Shown: one piece after another, positions 1 through 13,856 of the stretch
Layout: each line of letters opens with the position of its first letter
Position numbering within the stretch: position 1 is the stretch's first letter
Assembly (NCBI RefSeq): GCF_020745735.1
Contig: NC_083412.1
Coordinates: 59,362,320 to 59,426,319, forward strand
Origin: Hemiscyllium ocellatum
Taxonomy: Eukaryota
Direction of reading: 5' to 3'
Length of the DNA: 64,000 nucleotides
Program-made: the position numbers and the translations under genes
The notes under the pieces: model-generated
Told to the model about the DNA's origin: nothing
The model's input: only the letters and a program-made list of their open reading frames with translations
Database searches by the model: none

Positions 1-455
1 GATTATTTTATCTGGAGATGTTAACCAGTTTAAGTTAATATGTTAAGAAATGCCATTGATTTAGCAGCAGCTTGCTGCTGTCACATCCATGTATTTTACC
101 ACGTTCTGACCTTCAAATTGTAAGTTATGAAGATGTATTAGATATTGCAGTTACTTATGTAACGCAAAGATAATTGTTTGGCTGTAAAATGCTTCAATAC
201 GTCCTGAACATATAAAGGGTTCCATATAATTATTATTTCCTCAATCATATTAACTCACAAACATTTTCTCCTATCAATATGATTATGTTGAAGTCAGTAT
301 CTGAATTAGACCCCTATGTATGTAAGTTATAACCTTGTGCGCTCTTTTTTTTTTCAATTTTCCTATTTCAATTGTTTGTTAAATACATAAGAGATACTGA
401 AGCTTCAATAGTCGTTTTGTCCTATGTAACTATATTATTTGTCCATCTCTGTCAG

Positions 456-609
456 TGTAATAATTTCTCAATGGACCAGCATGTTGAAAGTGGTAGCAGG
501 TCACTTGGATCAAATCAGGCTGAGCTACATCACACTTGATGGCAGTGTGACTCCTAAACTTCGTATGGATTTAGTGGATGAATTTAACACTAACCCTAAA
601 GGACCTCAG
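456..609 (+). CDS. TTF2: TTF2 (SNF2-family helicase) internal exon, start of HELICc domain
   Basis: ctctgtcag acceptor, CAG|gtacca donor; translates (S)[51 protein letters not shown], the SNF2 C-terminal motif IV region; 154 nt, phase 2 to 0. Confidence 0.9.
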
Positions 610-1116
610 GTACCATCTAGTTATTGTTTTGAATTTTCTTCTCAACACTTATCCAGAATACTAATAGGGTGATAACTTAGTTGTTGAATTCCCTCTGGTA
701 CTGAACACATTTGAGAACTAGACTGGGTTTAATTTTGATACATGTACCTTCCTTATCTTTATCCCCGGCAAATAATTTGCAATATAACAATCTAACTTCA
801 CGTCAAGAATGATTGCTTCCATGAAGTACAAGAATGCTGATTGTTACCATAGGACTTACCCAAAGTGAAATGAAAGGAAGGTTGGATAGTAGAAAATATT
901 TACCTTTTGGATAGTGCTTTATGCATTAGAAAGTTTAATAATGGGTTCGAATAATTATCGAAAATATAGTCAGTTGCTTGGTAGCACAGTGAGCATTAGA
1001 AAAGAACTAGACTAGAGCAGGTATACAAACACAGCAGACAAAGTGAGACTTCAGTGGTCAGGCAGCTGCCACCAGGAGCCTGCATCCGGTATGGAAATTC
1101 AAGGTGTGAAAACATA

Positions 1117-1420
1117 GCAGCACGGTGGCACAGTGGTTAGCACTGCTGCCTCAGTGCCTGAGATCCGGGTTCAATTCCCGACTCAGGCAACTGTGTGGAG
1201 TTTGCAGTTCTCCACGTGTCTGTGTGGGTTTCCTCCGGGTGCTCCGGTTTCCTCCCACAGTCCAAAGATGTGCAGGTCAGGTGAATTGGCCATGTTAAAT
1301 TGCCCGTAGTGTTAGGTAAGGGGTAAATGTAGGGGTATGGGTGGGTTGCGCTTCGGCGGGTCGGTGTGGACTTGTTGGGCCGAAGGGCCTGTTTCCACAC
1401 TGTAAGTAATCTAATCTAAT
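1117..1420 (+). mobile_element. V-SINE (HE1-like tRNA-derived SINE)
   Basis: A/B-box head (ggtggcacagtggttagc...ggttcaattcc), V-domain gttaaattgccc, (TAATC)n tail. Confidence 0.85.
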
Positions 1421-1509
1421 AGCAATGGTTAGATCATTGCCAGCTTAGTATTTCTTATTTCATCTAAACGAGGAATATTCAATTGGGACATGTGGAGCAT
1501 CAATTAACC

Positions 1510-1880
1510 TCCTGAGGTGGTGGCACCGTGGCAATGTCAATGGACTAGTATTTCAATGATTGCTATTCTGGGGACGTGGCTTCAAATCTCATCATGGCAG
1601 ATGGTGAGATTTGAATTCATTAAAAATCTGAAATTACAGGATAGTCTAATCATGACATGTAACCATTGTTGTAAAATCCCATCTGGCTCACCAATGCCCT
1701 TTACGGAAGAAAATCTGTCATCCTTACTTGGCCTGGACTATGTGTGACTCCAAACGCACAGTAATGTGGCTGACTCTTACCCCTGTTTGAAATGCCGTAG
1801 CAAGCCAGTCAATGGATAATTAGGGATGGGCAATAAATGCTGGCCCAACCAGCAATCCCCATGTCCCACTAAAAAATAAA
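1510..1880 (+). mobile_element. Second, older SINE-like repeat
   Basis: tRNA-like head (ggtggcaccgtggcaatgtcaatggactag...ttcaaatc) and body homologous to 4030-4740. Confidence 0.55.
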
Positions 1881-3850
1881 AACCAGTTTATTTGTAATGA
1901 ATAACAGTACAGACATGATTAGAGGCGTTCATTAAAATTTAACTGGTAAAATATTAAAGCATATAAATATGGCTGGGAAGTAATATGTTGCTGTTTCAGA
2001 ATGTGGGTGTTCATGCATTATACGCCCAATATGAGAAGTTTATTGGTTTTATTTCAACTTTTCACATCCCTAAACCCCACCCCACCAATTAGCTGTTCAC
2101 TCGTATACTGGCATTCCTAGCCTCTGGGACAGTGACTATTCTGATCAGATAATTGTTCATTATGTACGTATCAATTCAGAAAAGGGCCAAATGCTGCACT
2201 TTCAAACCTGAAAACTTTGTCTACCTCAAATTATCCATGAAAGACAAAGTTTCTCAAAAAATATAAAAAGGTGAAGCAAGCTGTTTAAGGCTGTTTCTAT
2301 GCAGTGATTGCACAGTTTCCATTAACAGAATATCACTCGGTTCAAAAAGGTGTTCCACCTACTACATAATGACACAGTCTATGAATTTCAGGTAGTACCA
2401 GGTATGTACATTGTACATCCCAGCATTCGACATTAAATCATTTACTTCTTCACTTGTTCATAATAGGCAGTGTTCACACTGTACTCTGCAAGATCACACT
2501 TGCTAAACCTAAAACAAAGCACACATTGTTAGTTTCTGCAAATTGGTAGAGCTTGTTGAACAAACCTAAATAGACTGATAGCTGCTAACCTTAAACACTA
2601 GTTTATGACCATCATTCCTGTTATGATCTCAGCTGACAGTATTTGACAAATCAGATTTCATAATAATACCTGGTTTTATAGAGGATTTTTTTTGTTTGCA
2701 GTTTTGTTACTATGGTGGTCACTAACTGAACATTATTTGCATAATGTTGACAATCTACTTTCAATAAAATAATTTTTATTTCATCAAAGAAAGAAAGACC
2801 GTTTAGAAACATCTTATCATGAGCAGCTTAAAAAAGTTTTATTTCCCAGAAATTTCTTTAACAGACAATCAACTCCAGTGGAGTATCATTCGTACCTTCA
2901 CTTTCAAATTTCTCACTTAACTTATGAGGTTGTAACTGTTTCCTTTTGGTGTGATTCTCTTCTTTACTATTTTCCCTGAGACACAAACAGGCTACCTCAC
3001 TGGTCTTTCTGACTTTGACTGTTTGAAGCTGCTAAATCAACTTCAGACTTAGTTTTAGCTCTATGGCCTGAAGCGTTCCAAAACTAAACCGCTGTTCAGG
3101 GATATTACTATTCTTCTCAACAGAAACCTGAATATGTCTGTCTTTCCCATTTGTCTTACTGCACATCAGACATTCAACTTTATAAACATTTATCAAATAA
3201 CTCCCCGTGTAGCTTAAGTTTCATGCTTTATGCAAATGAGTTCAAAAATGATGCTGTGACCCTTTTGCAAAACAAAAGTGTCGCCATCATTGTACTAAAA
3301 TCAAAACCCCACCCACCTCTATTTTTATCCTTTGGGAATTCTGGTTGTAATAACATTATGTACCTTTTATCACATTGTCATGTGGCTGATTGTCACTTGA
3401 TAGAAATGACTTACTTTTATACGTACGGACTTGCATCGTTTTTGAATATCTGAGGATGGCAGGTTATAAAACCTATAGTTTCCCAATGGTTGATTGTTCA
3501 AGGTGCCATGGAGAAAGGAGAGTCAACTTGCCAACCAATCAGCACACGGTTCGTCTACATTATAACCTCTTGTGGTTGTTTGAAATTTAGCATTTTTGCA
3601 TTGTTCCAGATGAGTGCAAGGCAAAAGATTTTTGGCAACATCACTCTTATTGCTGAGAAAAGAAAAGTATAATGTATTTTCACTCTGACAACGGGAATTC
3701 TACTGATCTAAGCAAATATACTTGCGTCAATTGCGGATTAATTCTGAAGATCCTTCATTCAAACCTGACTTTTGTTTCCAGTATTATGTCATTTATAACA
3801 TTTAATTATTTTGGGAGTGGCTTCTTTCTAATTTAGTTTTTCTCTCTTAG

Positions 3851-3933
3851 GTCATATTGGTCTCTTTGTGTGCTGGGGGTGTGGGTTTGAATCTCATTGG
3901 AGGCAATCACCTGTTCCTGTTGGATATGCACTG
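3851..3933 (+). CDS. TTF2: TTF2 exon (helicase motif V)
   Basis: tctctcttag acceptor, gtaaga donor; VILVSLCAGGVGLNLIGGNHLFLLDMH(W); phase 0 to 2, in frame with the previous exon. Confidence 0.93.
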
Positions 3934-4029
3934 GTAAGATGTACTGCAAGTAGTTACTCACTAAAATAAAATGTCTATTGCTAGAACACCTATTCCTTGT
4001 TGTTCTGTGCATGTCAGTAGTTTTGTACT

Positions 4030-4740
4030 GCAGGGGTGGTCTCCTGGTAATGTCACTGGACAAGTAATCCAATCTATAGGTGCAGCCTAATGCTCAAGGG
4101 GACATTGGTTCAAATCCTGACAAGAAATTTAAATTCAATTAATCTTAAATCTGAATATAAAGCTAATGGTGCCTGAAATGTTTGTTGTTTGCTGTGAAAA
4201 CCCATTTGGTTCACCTAATGAATGTCCTTTTAGCGAAAGAAATTAGATTAGATTAGATTAGATTAGATTACTTACAGTGTGGAAACAGGCCCTTCGGCCC
4301 AACAAGCCCACACCGACCCGCCGAAGCGCAACCCACCCATACCCTTACATTTACCCCTTACCTAACACTACAGGCAATTTAACATGGCCAATTCACCTGA
4401 CCCGCACATCTTTGGACTGTGGGAGGAAACCGGAGCGCCCGGAGGAAACCCACGCAGACACGGGGAGAATGTGCAAACTCCACACAGTCAGTCGCCTGAG
4501 TCGGGAATTGAACCCGGGTCTCAGGCGCTGTGAGGCAGCAGTGCTAACCACTGTGCCACCGTGCCGCCCACAATCTGTTATCCTTTCGTAGTCTGGTCTA
4601 TATGTGACTCTAGACCCACAATAACATGGTTGACTCTTGCTTGCTATGTAAAATGGTCTAGTCAGTTACTTCAGTTCAAGGTCAATTTGAGGAATAGCAG
4701 CAACAGCTGACCATGCTAGTTACACCCAGGTCCCATGAAA
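4030..4740 (+). mobile_element. Second SINE-like repeat, split by a V-SINE
   Basis: Homologous to 1510-1880 on both sides of the 4242-4570 insertion. Confidence 0.55.
4242..4570 (-). mobile_element. V-SINE inserted into an older SINE
   Basis: (TAGAT)n tail and reverse complement of the same consensus; splits the 4030-4740 repeat. Confidence 0.85.
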
Positions 4741-5539
4741 CTGTAAAAGGAAACATTCTGTCTGACTTCAAATATTTTTAGTTATCAACATATTAAAATA
4801 TTTTAATAACTCAGCACTTATTATTGCAAGCTTTCAATTATAGCATTAATTATAGGTATCCTTGTATCAAAATGACCACATATTTGCATATCACATTTCA
4901 ATTCAATCCTTAATGCTTTCTTTTACCAAGTGCTTTGTGAAGATGTGACTTTTGGAACTGATGTTTTCCTTCATTCATAACAACACACTTTTTCTTGAAT
5001 AATTGAGAATTTTCTTATTTATTTCAGTTATGATATTAATTCCCACCTTCCTTTTAGATTCTTCTGTATAGTCAGATTCCACTTGTACCTGTTTTGATCA
5101 CTGCCTCCTTAGATTTGAAGGTACATAGTAACCTAATCCTGGGCCTCAATCGGTGCCAATCTGATCACAACATAACTCTTATCAATTTTCCTGAGCTTAT
5201 TTTAAATGTGTTGTCCCTGATGCTTGGTAATGAAACCATCTCTGATCAGAGCTTTACCTTCATGCACTCTTTGTCTAATTTCAATAAATCTTCTTCATAT
5301 AATAATGTGGATTCATTGTAAGATTGATGGAATGCTGTATGCGTTCGGTATATTTTATACTTTTTTAACCAAATTCCATTGCACTTTGTTTCTTCTATAG
5401 TAAAATTTGCATTTTTTTTCTTGCAGGAGGTCTTTGCAAAGTGGCTACTTTGCAAAAGGTTTTTAAATCTAAAGCTACGTTAATTTTAGAAAAGGTTATG
5501 TTCATTAATTAAAGATTGATAAAAATTAATTAAAGAAGG

Positions 5540-7505
5540 AAGCGTATGTCAGATATAGACAGGATAGATTGAGTGAATCCTTAGAGTATAAAGAAAGTAG
5601 CTGTATACTTAAGAGGGAAATCAGGAGGGCAAAACGGGGACATGAGATAGCTTTGGCAAATAGAATTAAGGAGAATCCAAAGGGTTTTTACAAATATATT
5701 AAGGACAAAAGGGAAACTAGGGAGAGAATCGGCCCCCTCAAAGATCAGCAAGGCAGCCTTTGTTTGGAGCCACAGAAAATGGAGGAGATACTAAATGAAT
5801 ATTTTGCATCAGTATTTACTGTGGAAAAGGATATGGAAGATATAGACAGTAGGGAAATAGATGTTGACATCTTGCAAAATGTCCAGATTACAGAGGAGGA
5901 AGTGCTGGATGTCTCAAAACGATTAAAGGTGGATAAATCCCCAGGACCTGATCAGGTGTACCCAAAAACTCTGTGGGAAGCTAGAGAAGTGATTGCTGGG
6001 CCTCTTGCTGAGATATTTGTATCATCGATAGTCACAGGTGAGGTGCTGGAAGACTAGAGGTTGGCAAATGTGGTGCCCTGTTTAAGAAGGGCGGTTAAGA
6101 CAAGCCAGGGAACTATAGACCGGTGAGCCTGACCTCAGTGGTGGGCAAGTTGTTGGAGGGAATCCTGAGGGACAGGACATACATGTATTTGGAAAGACCA
6201 GGACTGATTCGGGATAGTCAACATGGCTTTGTGCGTGGGAAATTATGTCTCTCAAACTTGATTGAGTTTTTTGAAGAAGTAACACAGAAGATTGATGAGG
6301 GCAGACCGGTAGATGTGATTTATATGGACTTCAGTAAGGCATTCGACAAGGTTCCCCATGGAAGACTGATTAGCAAGGTTTGATCTCAAGAAATACAGGG
6401 AGAACTAGCCATTTGAATACAGAACTGGCTCAAAGGGAGAAGACAGAGGTTGGTGGTGGAGGTTTGTTTTTCAGACTGGAGGCGTGTGACCAGTGGAGTT
6501 GCCACAAGGATCAGTACTGGGCCCTCTACTTTGTCATTTACATAAATGATTTGGATGTGAGCATAAGAGGTTTGCAGATGACACCAAAATTGGAGGTGTT
6601 GTGGACAGTGAAGAGGGTTACCTCCGATTACAACAGGATCTGGACCAGATGGGCCAATGGGCTGAGAAGTGGCAGATGGAGTTTAATTCAGATAAATGTG
6701 AGGTTCCTCACATTTTGGGAAAGCAAATCTTACCAGGACTTATACACTTAATGGTAAGGTTCTCGGGATTGTTGCTGAACAAAGAGACCTTGGAGTGCAG
6801 GTACATAGTTCCTTGAAAGTGGAATCGCAGGTAGATAAGCTAGTGAAGAAGGCGTTTGGTATGCTTTCCTTTACTGGTCAGAGTATTGAGTACAGGAGAT
6901 GGGAGGTCATGTTGCGGCTGTACAGGACATTGGTTAGGCCACTGTTGGAATATTGTGCGCAATTCTAGTCTCCTTCCTATCTGAAAGATGTTGTGAAACT
7001 TGAAAGGGTTCAGAAAAGATTTACAAGGATGTTGCCAGGGTTGGAGGATCTGAGCTACAGGGAGAGGCTGAGCAGGCTGGGGCTCAGAGGAGCGTCGGCT
7101 CGGAGGAGCGTTGGAGGCTGAGGGGTGATCTTATAGAGGTTTACAAAATGGAGGGGCATGGATAGGATAAATAGACAAGGTCTTTTCCCTGAGGTCGGGG
7201 AGCCCAGAACTAGAGGGCATATGTCTAGGGTAAGAGGGGAAAGATATAAAAGAGACCTAAGGAGCAACCTTTTCACTCAGAGGGTGGTACGTGTATGGAA
7301 TAAGCTGCCAGAGGATGTGGTGGAGGCTGGTACAATTGCAACATTTAAGAGGCATTTGGATGGGTATATGAATAGGAAGGGTTTGAAGGGATATGGGCCG
7401 GGTGCTGGCAGGTGGGACTAGATTGGGTTGGGATATCTGGTCGGCATGGACGGGTTGGACTGAAGGGTCTGTTTCCATGCTGCTCATCTCTATGACTCTA
7501 TGACT
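5540..7505 (+). mobile_element. CR1-type LINE, 5'-truncated, frameshifted ORF2
   Basis: KSPGPD, YRPVSLTSVVGK, YMDFSKAFDKVPH and FADD motifs; 3' end gggtctgtttcc...(CTATGACT)n. Confidence 0.92.
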
Positions 7506-7552
7506 GTATGTTTTGACAGATGAGATTGATATTCACTCAACTGTTTTTACAG

Positions 7553-7627
7553 GAACCCAGCATTGGAGGAACAGGCATCTGATCGAATTTATCGTGTGGG
7601 GCAACTCAAGAATGTAACTGTGCATAG
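7553..7627 (+). CDS. TTF2: TTF2 exon (helicase motif VI)
   Basis: tttttacag acceptor, gtaatg donor; (W)NPALEEQASDRIYRVGQLKNVTVH(R); phase 2 to 2. Confidence 0.93.
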
Positions 7628-8329
7628 GTAATGAATGTTGTCAAGCTAAAGGTGCAGTGTTCCTTTTGCGTGAAAATGAGTGGAAGGATAAGTTAAAATA
7701 ATTCTTGTGCATTTTTGCTTAACTCTGCATTTGAAAGTCAAAAAGAAAATTAACTTATTCAAAGCTACAACTGCGACACTTTTGAAGGACCTACTTGGAT
7801 TTTAATTCTTCCTATACTAAGCTGCAAGCAGCATCACCATTTGGAAGGAAACATCTAACAACACTAAGGCAAATTGTAAAATGTTGTTCAAACATGACTG
7901 GTTAAGGATAGAGTTGGGTCCCTAAGGGCCGACCAGGGTAAGCTGCGCACTGAAGCAACAAGTATGGCAAAAGTATTAAATAAGTACTTTTGTTTATGTC
8001 TTTACCAATTAAAAAATACTTCTCATGGGTATGTACCTAGCTTGCACCCTATTCCTCTTTTTTGAAAGTCTCCCATTTTTCACCCACTGTTTGTTTAATA
8101 CACCAAAACATACTTCCAATCAACCTATTCCAGTTCAACTTTTGGACTCCTAAAATCTGTCCTCTTTCTTTTTGGGATTTTAACCCTTGACTGATTTTTA
8201 AACTTCTCCAACTTTGGTTCTGTCTTTACCGAATTTGAAAATGTTGACAATGGTAATCGAAAATGTGGGTATTGAGCAACTGAGCAGTGTAGTGATAGAT
8301 AGAGATGCTTTAAAAAAAAATTGTAGGCA

Positions 8330-9265
8330 GCATTCCAGGTAGAAAAATCACCAGGCCCAGATGAGATACATCTAGATTACTGAGAGGGATAATCAAGAAA
8401 ATTGGGGAGCCATTGACAGAAATTTTCCAGGCCTCTCTGAGCACAGGATTAGTTCCAGGGTACTGGAGGATTGTAAATGTAGTGTTGTTGTTTAAGAAAG
8501 GGGCAAAGGATAACCTTAGAAACTACAGACCTGTCAGCTTGACATCAATAGTGGGAAAACTGATGGAAGCCATAATCTGGGATATGGTAAATATCCATTT
8601 CAGAGACCAATAAATTAATACTGTATGCAGTCAACATGGCTTTGTCAAGAGCAGGTCATATCTGACAAATTTAATTAAGCTCTTTGAGGTGACACAGGTA
8701 GGGGATGAGGATAGTGCTGTAGATATTGTATACGTAGACTCTTAGAAAGCATTCAGTACGTTGTCACATGCCAAATTGTTTAGCAATGTGGGATTGATGG
8801 GTCCTTGGCATCATGGATTAAAAGCTAACTAAAAGAAAGGAAACAGAGTAGGTATAAATGGGCATTTCTCAGACTGGAGACAAGTTGAAAGTGGTGTTCC
8901 CAGAAATTGCTTTTTCTTATTTTTATATAACTGAAGATGGATTGAGGATACAATGCCTACATTTATGGATGATACTAAGCTAGAGAGAATAGTGAATTGT
9001 GAGGATGATGCTGAGTGACTTCAGAGGGACCTTGACAATTGGCCAAATGGGCAGACACCTGGCAGATGAATTTCAATGCAGAGAAATGGGAGATAATGCA
9101 TTTCAGTAGAAGAAACATGCAAAGACTATACAGGCTCAATGGTAAAACTTTAAGGGGAGCACAGGAACCTTAGGGTTCACATGCATAAGTTCCTGGAGAT
9201 GGCCAGGCAAGTTGAAGCAGTTGTTAAGAAGTTTATAGGATCCTTCGGTTTATAAATAGAGAGGT
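8330..9265 (+). mobile_element. Older CR1-type LINE ORF2 fragment
   Basis: WRIVNVVLLFKKG...NYRPVSLTSIVGKLME; degenerate RT downstream. Confidence 0.8.
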
Positions 9266-10819
9266 AATAGCTGACTTTGATTTTTAAATTTAGAATAGTA
9301 AGCCAAGTAAATTAGATGTGGGATGAAAAGCAACTGAGAGGAAATTTAGCTCTAGTCAATTGTTGAAAGTTTTTCAGTGCATTAGATAGTTTTCCAAAGC
9401 AAAGCAACAGGCCACATTTAAATACTGATGCGCACAGCGAAGATAAATACCCACTTACTATGAGATAAATATTCCTTTACTATTAGATTGTTAATAAATG
9501 ATTATGTTTGATCACATTTAATGCTAGCTTTGTAAGGTAACTTGTATGATTAATCCAATGGTCCATCATTACCTGTAACCGGATTGAAAACGAACCTTCC
9601 AGCTCAGAGAGCAAACCTATATCCAGAACATCAACCTTAGCTACAAACCTTCTCAAAACTTGCTATTACCTGTAACGATTCTAGTAATGTGGGTATTTAA
9701 CACCAGGCTGTTGATACTGCAAATTATAAGAAGGAAATGGTAAACAAGGGAAAGAATAAGATGTGTCTGACATTCTAGTTCTATGAGTCAAAGATTGGAC
9801 CTTGCAAAGTTTAACATAAGGAAGAAAACCATACCAGAAAGAGTTATGCCATTTAAAGACCGACAAAGCCCTGTGAGCTGATTGTTTCCACCTCCTGGTT
9901 TTTTGAAAGAAGGCAATGAGGAAACTGCTGATGCTTTAGCCTTAATCTTTCAAAGCCTGCTCTTTACTGGAACTGACCCTTTTAACTTGGAAAATTGCTA
10001 ATGTAACTCCAGTAATTAAGAAAGGGAACAGGAGATGTCACAGTAGACAAGGATTTAAAAAGACGTGATATATATATATAGACTTCAGATGGCATTTTGT
10101 AAGATTCCACTTAAGAAAAGCTTATAGAATTGAAGGCAGATCATTGCTTGAATAGGAAATTGGTTAGTTGTGAAGTAGAGAATGCTGGAATTGTTGACTA
10201 AAATTTTGTGCAAGTTATGCTTTTGTGCTGATGGTTGCTAAAGCTTGCAGGAGCAAGCATAAGTGGAAGTAGGACCATACTACAGTTGATAGAAAACGGA
10301 GTAAGCATAATGGATATGTACATCAACTGTAGGAAGTAAACAGTGCGTCTATAACATTAGTTTGTTCTGCGGCCTTTATATTCACTGTTAATAACTTGGT
10401 CAACATAATGGATTGGATTTTCCAATTATCAGACGGTTGTTTCTGAAGTGGAGATAGGAGTTGCACATGGGGACCCTGTGAAATCCCTACTTCAGAGGAA
10501 CTGCCCTGGAAATAAAACTGGAGATTCTATTGAGGAATCCCCTTTCATGTGGAACCCACTGGAAATATCCATTTAAAGAGGAGAATCCAGAGTGTGTTGC
10601 TGAAGTTTGTTAAATAATTACTCAGTTAAGACTATTAAATCTCTTGCTTGTGACTGATTTAAACAGATACTCCACCTTTATCTCAGCCAAAAAACGAATT
10701 CCCACAACCCCTGGGCACCAGACCTGATAGCTCCTGCAACTGAACCCTGACATCCCTCATAATCTCACCTCTCCTCTCTCTCTTTTCCCAAGTAACACTC
10801 CCTCTCTTCCCAATTATCT

Positions 10820-10856
10820 CTCTCACTCACTCACAATCTCTCTCACTCACTCACTC

Positions 10857-10918
<62 letters not shown>

Positions 10919-10955
10919 CCTCTCGCGCGCGCGCTCTCGCACACACACACACACC
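10820..10955. repeat. Compound microsatellite (TCAC)n-(TC)n-(CG)n-(CA)n
   Basis: Directly visible. Confidence 0.95.
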
Positions 10956-13422
10956 TGCTATTTGTACTCTGTATCAATGTCTGGGATACCACCCCTCAAG
11001 GTCTGACTTCTTCACCTTACCTGCTTCAGACAGGAGTTCCCCACCCTTTTCCCTGTTCCAGACCTGACCCCACCTCACTGCTCCATTCCTTACCCCCTTG
11101 GCAACTTACCCATCAAACAGCCCGACATCCCATTTACCTTGTGCTAACCATATCATTTTGACAGCAACTCTCAATGGCTCTCTGATTCTGGTCCTTTTAA
11201 ATTTCAGCGTGTAGCAGCTGACTGCTATGAAAGATGGGATACTGGCATAGTAATTTGTGTGAACAAGAGCATAGAATTGCAAAATTGTGACAGGTAGATT
11301 TGAAAACAAAGGTATTTTGAACCTAATGGGTAGGGATATTGAGGTTTTTTTTAGGGTATTGAAAATCCAGATGGCTCAAAGGGATTTGAGGGATCTATGT
11401 ACTCGACTAATATTTATACTGAAGTAAAAATCAGTCAAAACAAGTGAAAGGAGTTTTTGCCTTTTATTTTGCTAGACAGGAGAGATGGACAGACTGAAAC
11501 CGCCAATTCTCTTGGCTTTCTTTCCATAATCAGTGTAGTTTTAATATTTTGATAAGGCTGGTGTCTGTTTCCAAACCTTTATTAACATGATCAATTTAAA
11601 AGTCTTTAGCAGTCCTTCATAGAATTAAACAAGGAATATTATTTATTCTCGCACACACACTTGCCCAGAAAATCTCTTCACTACATCAAAAATACAATAA
11701 GCCCCAAAGAAAGGTACAATAAAGGAAGGAGCAAATGTCTACTAAACTTTTAAGTCCAGTGAACAAGGCAGTTGATGCTCAGGTGGCCAAGATCTGAATC
11801 CAGGTGAATTTGTCATCATTCACAGTAAGGGACTGTTCAGCAGGTCATGCGATCAGCCCTGATAGCTCCTGTAGCCAGGAGTTCAATTTCTTTGCAGGTA
11901 AGCTGCATTTGTTTGAATAGGTTCTCGGAGTCTTTTCAAAAACAACTCAAAACCTCATTTCTTGAAAAGGCCACACCTCTCCACTTTTCTCTTCAGTTGC
12001 GACCTTGTTGATTTCTAGTTTGTGGACTGCCTCAAAGCAGGCAGGAGTTTGTAATAAAAAAATTCAAACTTTGAGTAGCTTGATTACTGGTGAATGTCCA
12101 TTAACATAGAATCACAGGTAATTTTGATCTTTCACAATAACAGTGGTTTAAATTGAATCCAAAAAAAAAATTGACATGCAATAGAAGGTAGGGGTTTTTA
12201 GCGCTGCATTACAGGTAACCAGTCTCGAACGCATCCTGAAGCTGCAGAGTCTTGGAGTTTATTGTTCTGGAGTAAACCTTAACGATAGGAGTGGAATTCC
12301 ACTTAGCCATGGCTATTCTAGATAAACTTTAGAAATTTCCAAAAGCTTGAATAGTCCTACAATTGGAAAGAAAGGTGATAATTTGACAGTCAGCTTATAG
12401 CCTCTCCTAGTCAGTTTTAAAGCAGATTACAGACTTGCATGGGGACCGCATTATCTAGAGGCCTAGAATATAATGAGGCTAGGTTTCACTACATCTTTCC
12501 AAGCCTTGGTTAGACCACATCAAGAGCATGATGTAAAGTTCAGGGTACCACATGTTGATAAATGCCTTGGGAGAAGTGCTGCGCACATTTATCGGGACTG
12601 AGGATGTTAAATTATGAGGAATGTTTACATGTGCTTGATTTATATTCTTGGAAAATGCATTTTTGTAAGATAATGTGATTTGAGGAGTTCAGGATTTCGA
12701 GAGGGATTAATACAGTAATGGAGAGAGACAGGTTCTGCTGGTTGGAAAGTGTGAAGACATGGGAAGACAACCTTCAAATTAAAGGCCTTTCAGGAGACAA
12801 CACATCACCCAATGGCTGATGAAGTTGTGGAATTCTCTCTCAAATGCTATCATATTTATTTAATTTTAAAACTCCGATCAATAGACCTTTCTCAATGAAG
12901 GAAATTTGGGATATGGAGTCAAGGCAAATAAATAGAATAGGACATAGATCAGCTATGAACTCATTACGAGGGCATTGAGCTCACCAGCTCAATAATGTGT
13001 TACTGTTATTTCACAAACCATTTCCTTTAAAAATTGGAATATCAAATACATCACTGATCAATTTGTGCCAAAGCCATATGTCACTTCAGTTAATTTGAGC
13101 TCATGTACAAGAGATCGTACATCAGGGTCTCAGGCTTTACTGAAAAGAACAGAGACTATGTTCCGCAATGAGGTGAAAATCTGCTATCATTGGAAATATA
13201 GCATTCTATCTGGGTCAGACTGTCCTTGAATTGTTGTCAATTCACACTCATCTCAGGCGGATCAAGTCAAATTGTGACTGAAGTCAGAACTTGGTTTTCA
13301 TTAATTTGTGTGAAATTGTTGTAAATATCCAAATGCAATGAGGTTTTGTAGCAAATTGGACATCGCTATGAAAGGTGTTTTTCAAAACAAAATGTTTTAC
13401 TAAAGAAAAATTGTTTCTCTAG

Positions 13423-13567
13423 GTTTATCTGTGAGGGTACTATTGAGGAGAAGATCTTTGAGCTTCAGGAGAAGAAAAAGGATCTAGCAAAAAAGGTTTT
13501 AACAGGAACTGGAGGATCCTTTACTAAACTTACACTGGCTGATCTGCGAATTCTGTTTGGTGTCTGA
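13423..13567 (+). CDS. TTF2: TTF2 last coding exon
   Basis: tttctctag acceptor; (R)[47 protein letters not shown], matching the recalled TTF2 C-terminus. Confidence 0.93.
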
Positions 13568-13850
13568 GCTTCAAAGAAAAACAATCCTGCCATAAAATTA
13601 TATTCTAACAAATTATAGTCAAAACTCAATGTGTCTGTACATTTGACAATTTGAGGCATTTCTGTATTTTGGAAACATTTTTGTGTCCAGCATAATATGA
13701 ATATTGTGCAATTATGGTTCAAGTTATAAATCCTTTAGTGTACATGTTTGTTTGGTATATCTCTTTTTCTGTTGAAAAAAAACGAAACACAAAGTTGCAT
13801 CTTCCCAATCCCTGGAGAAAAGTATTCGTTACATGATTTCATCGTTTAAA

Positions 13851-13856
13851 AATAAA
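13851..13856 (+). terminator. Candidate TTF2 polyadenylation signal
   Basis: AATAAA about 280 nt after the stop, followed by T-rich sequence. Confidence 0.45.

Noticed and set aside
1129-1135. CACAGTG/CACTGTG perfect heptamers (also near 4550, 46999, 53481, 55257)
   Set aside because: All lie in the A-box region of V-SINE heads, not next to Ig segments
1117-1200. tRNA-like sequences
   Set aside because: They are SINE heads with A/B boxes but no complete cloverleaf; not tRNA genes
1137-1400. Recurrent ORFs MWKQALRP... (also 4277, 46975, 54986, and the 179-aa ORF 53307-53846)
   Set aside because: Antisense reading of the V-SINE consensus; no protein features
3000-3230. Apparent protein-like minus-strand frame inside a TTF2 intron
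   Set aside because: The frame closes on careful reading; no splice signals or motif support
10400-12100. LTR-like unique-looking segments in the TTF2 intron
   Set aside because: No paired LTR, primer-binding site or gag/pol remnant could be identified from this window alone
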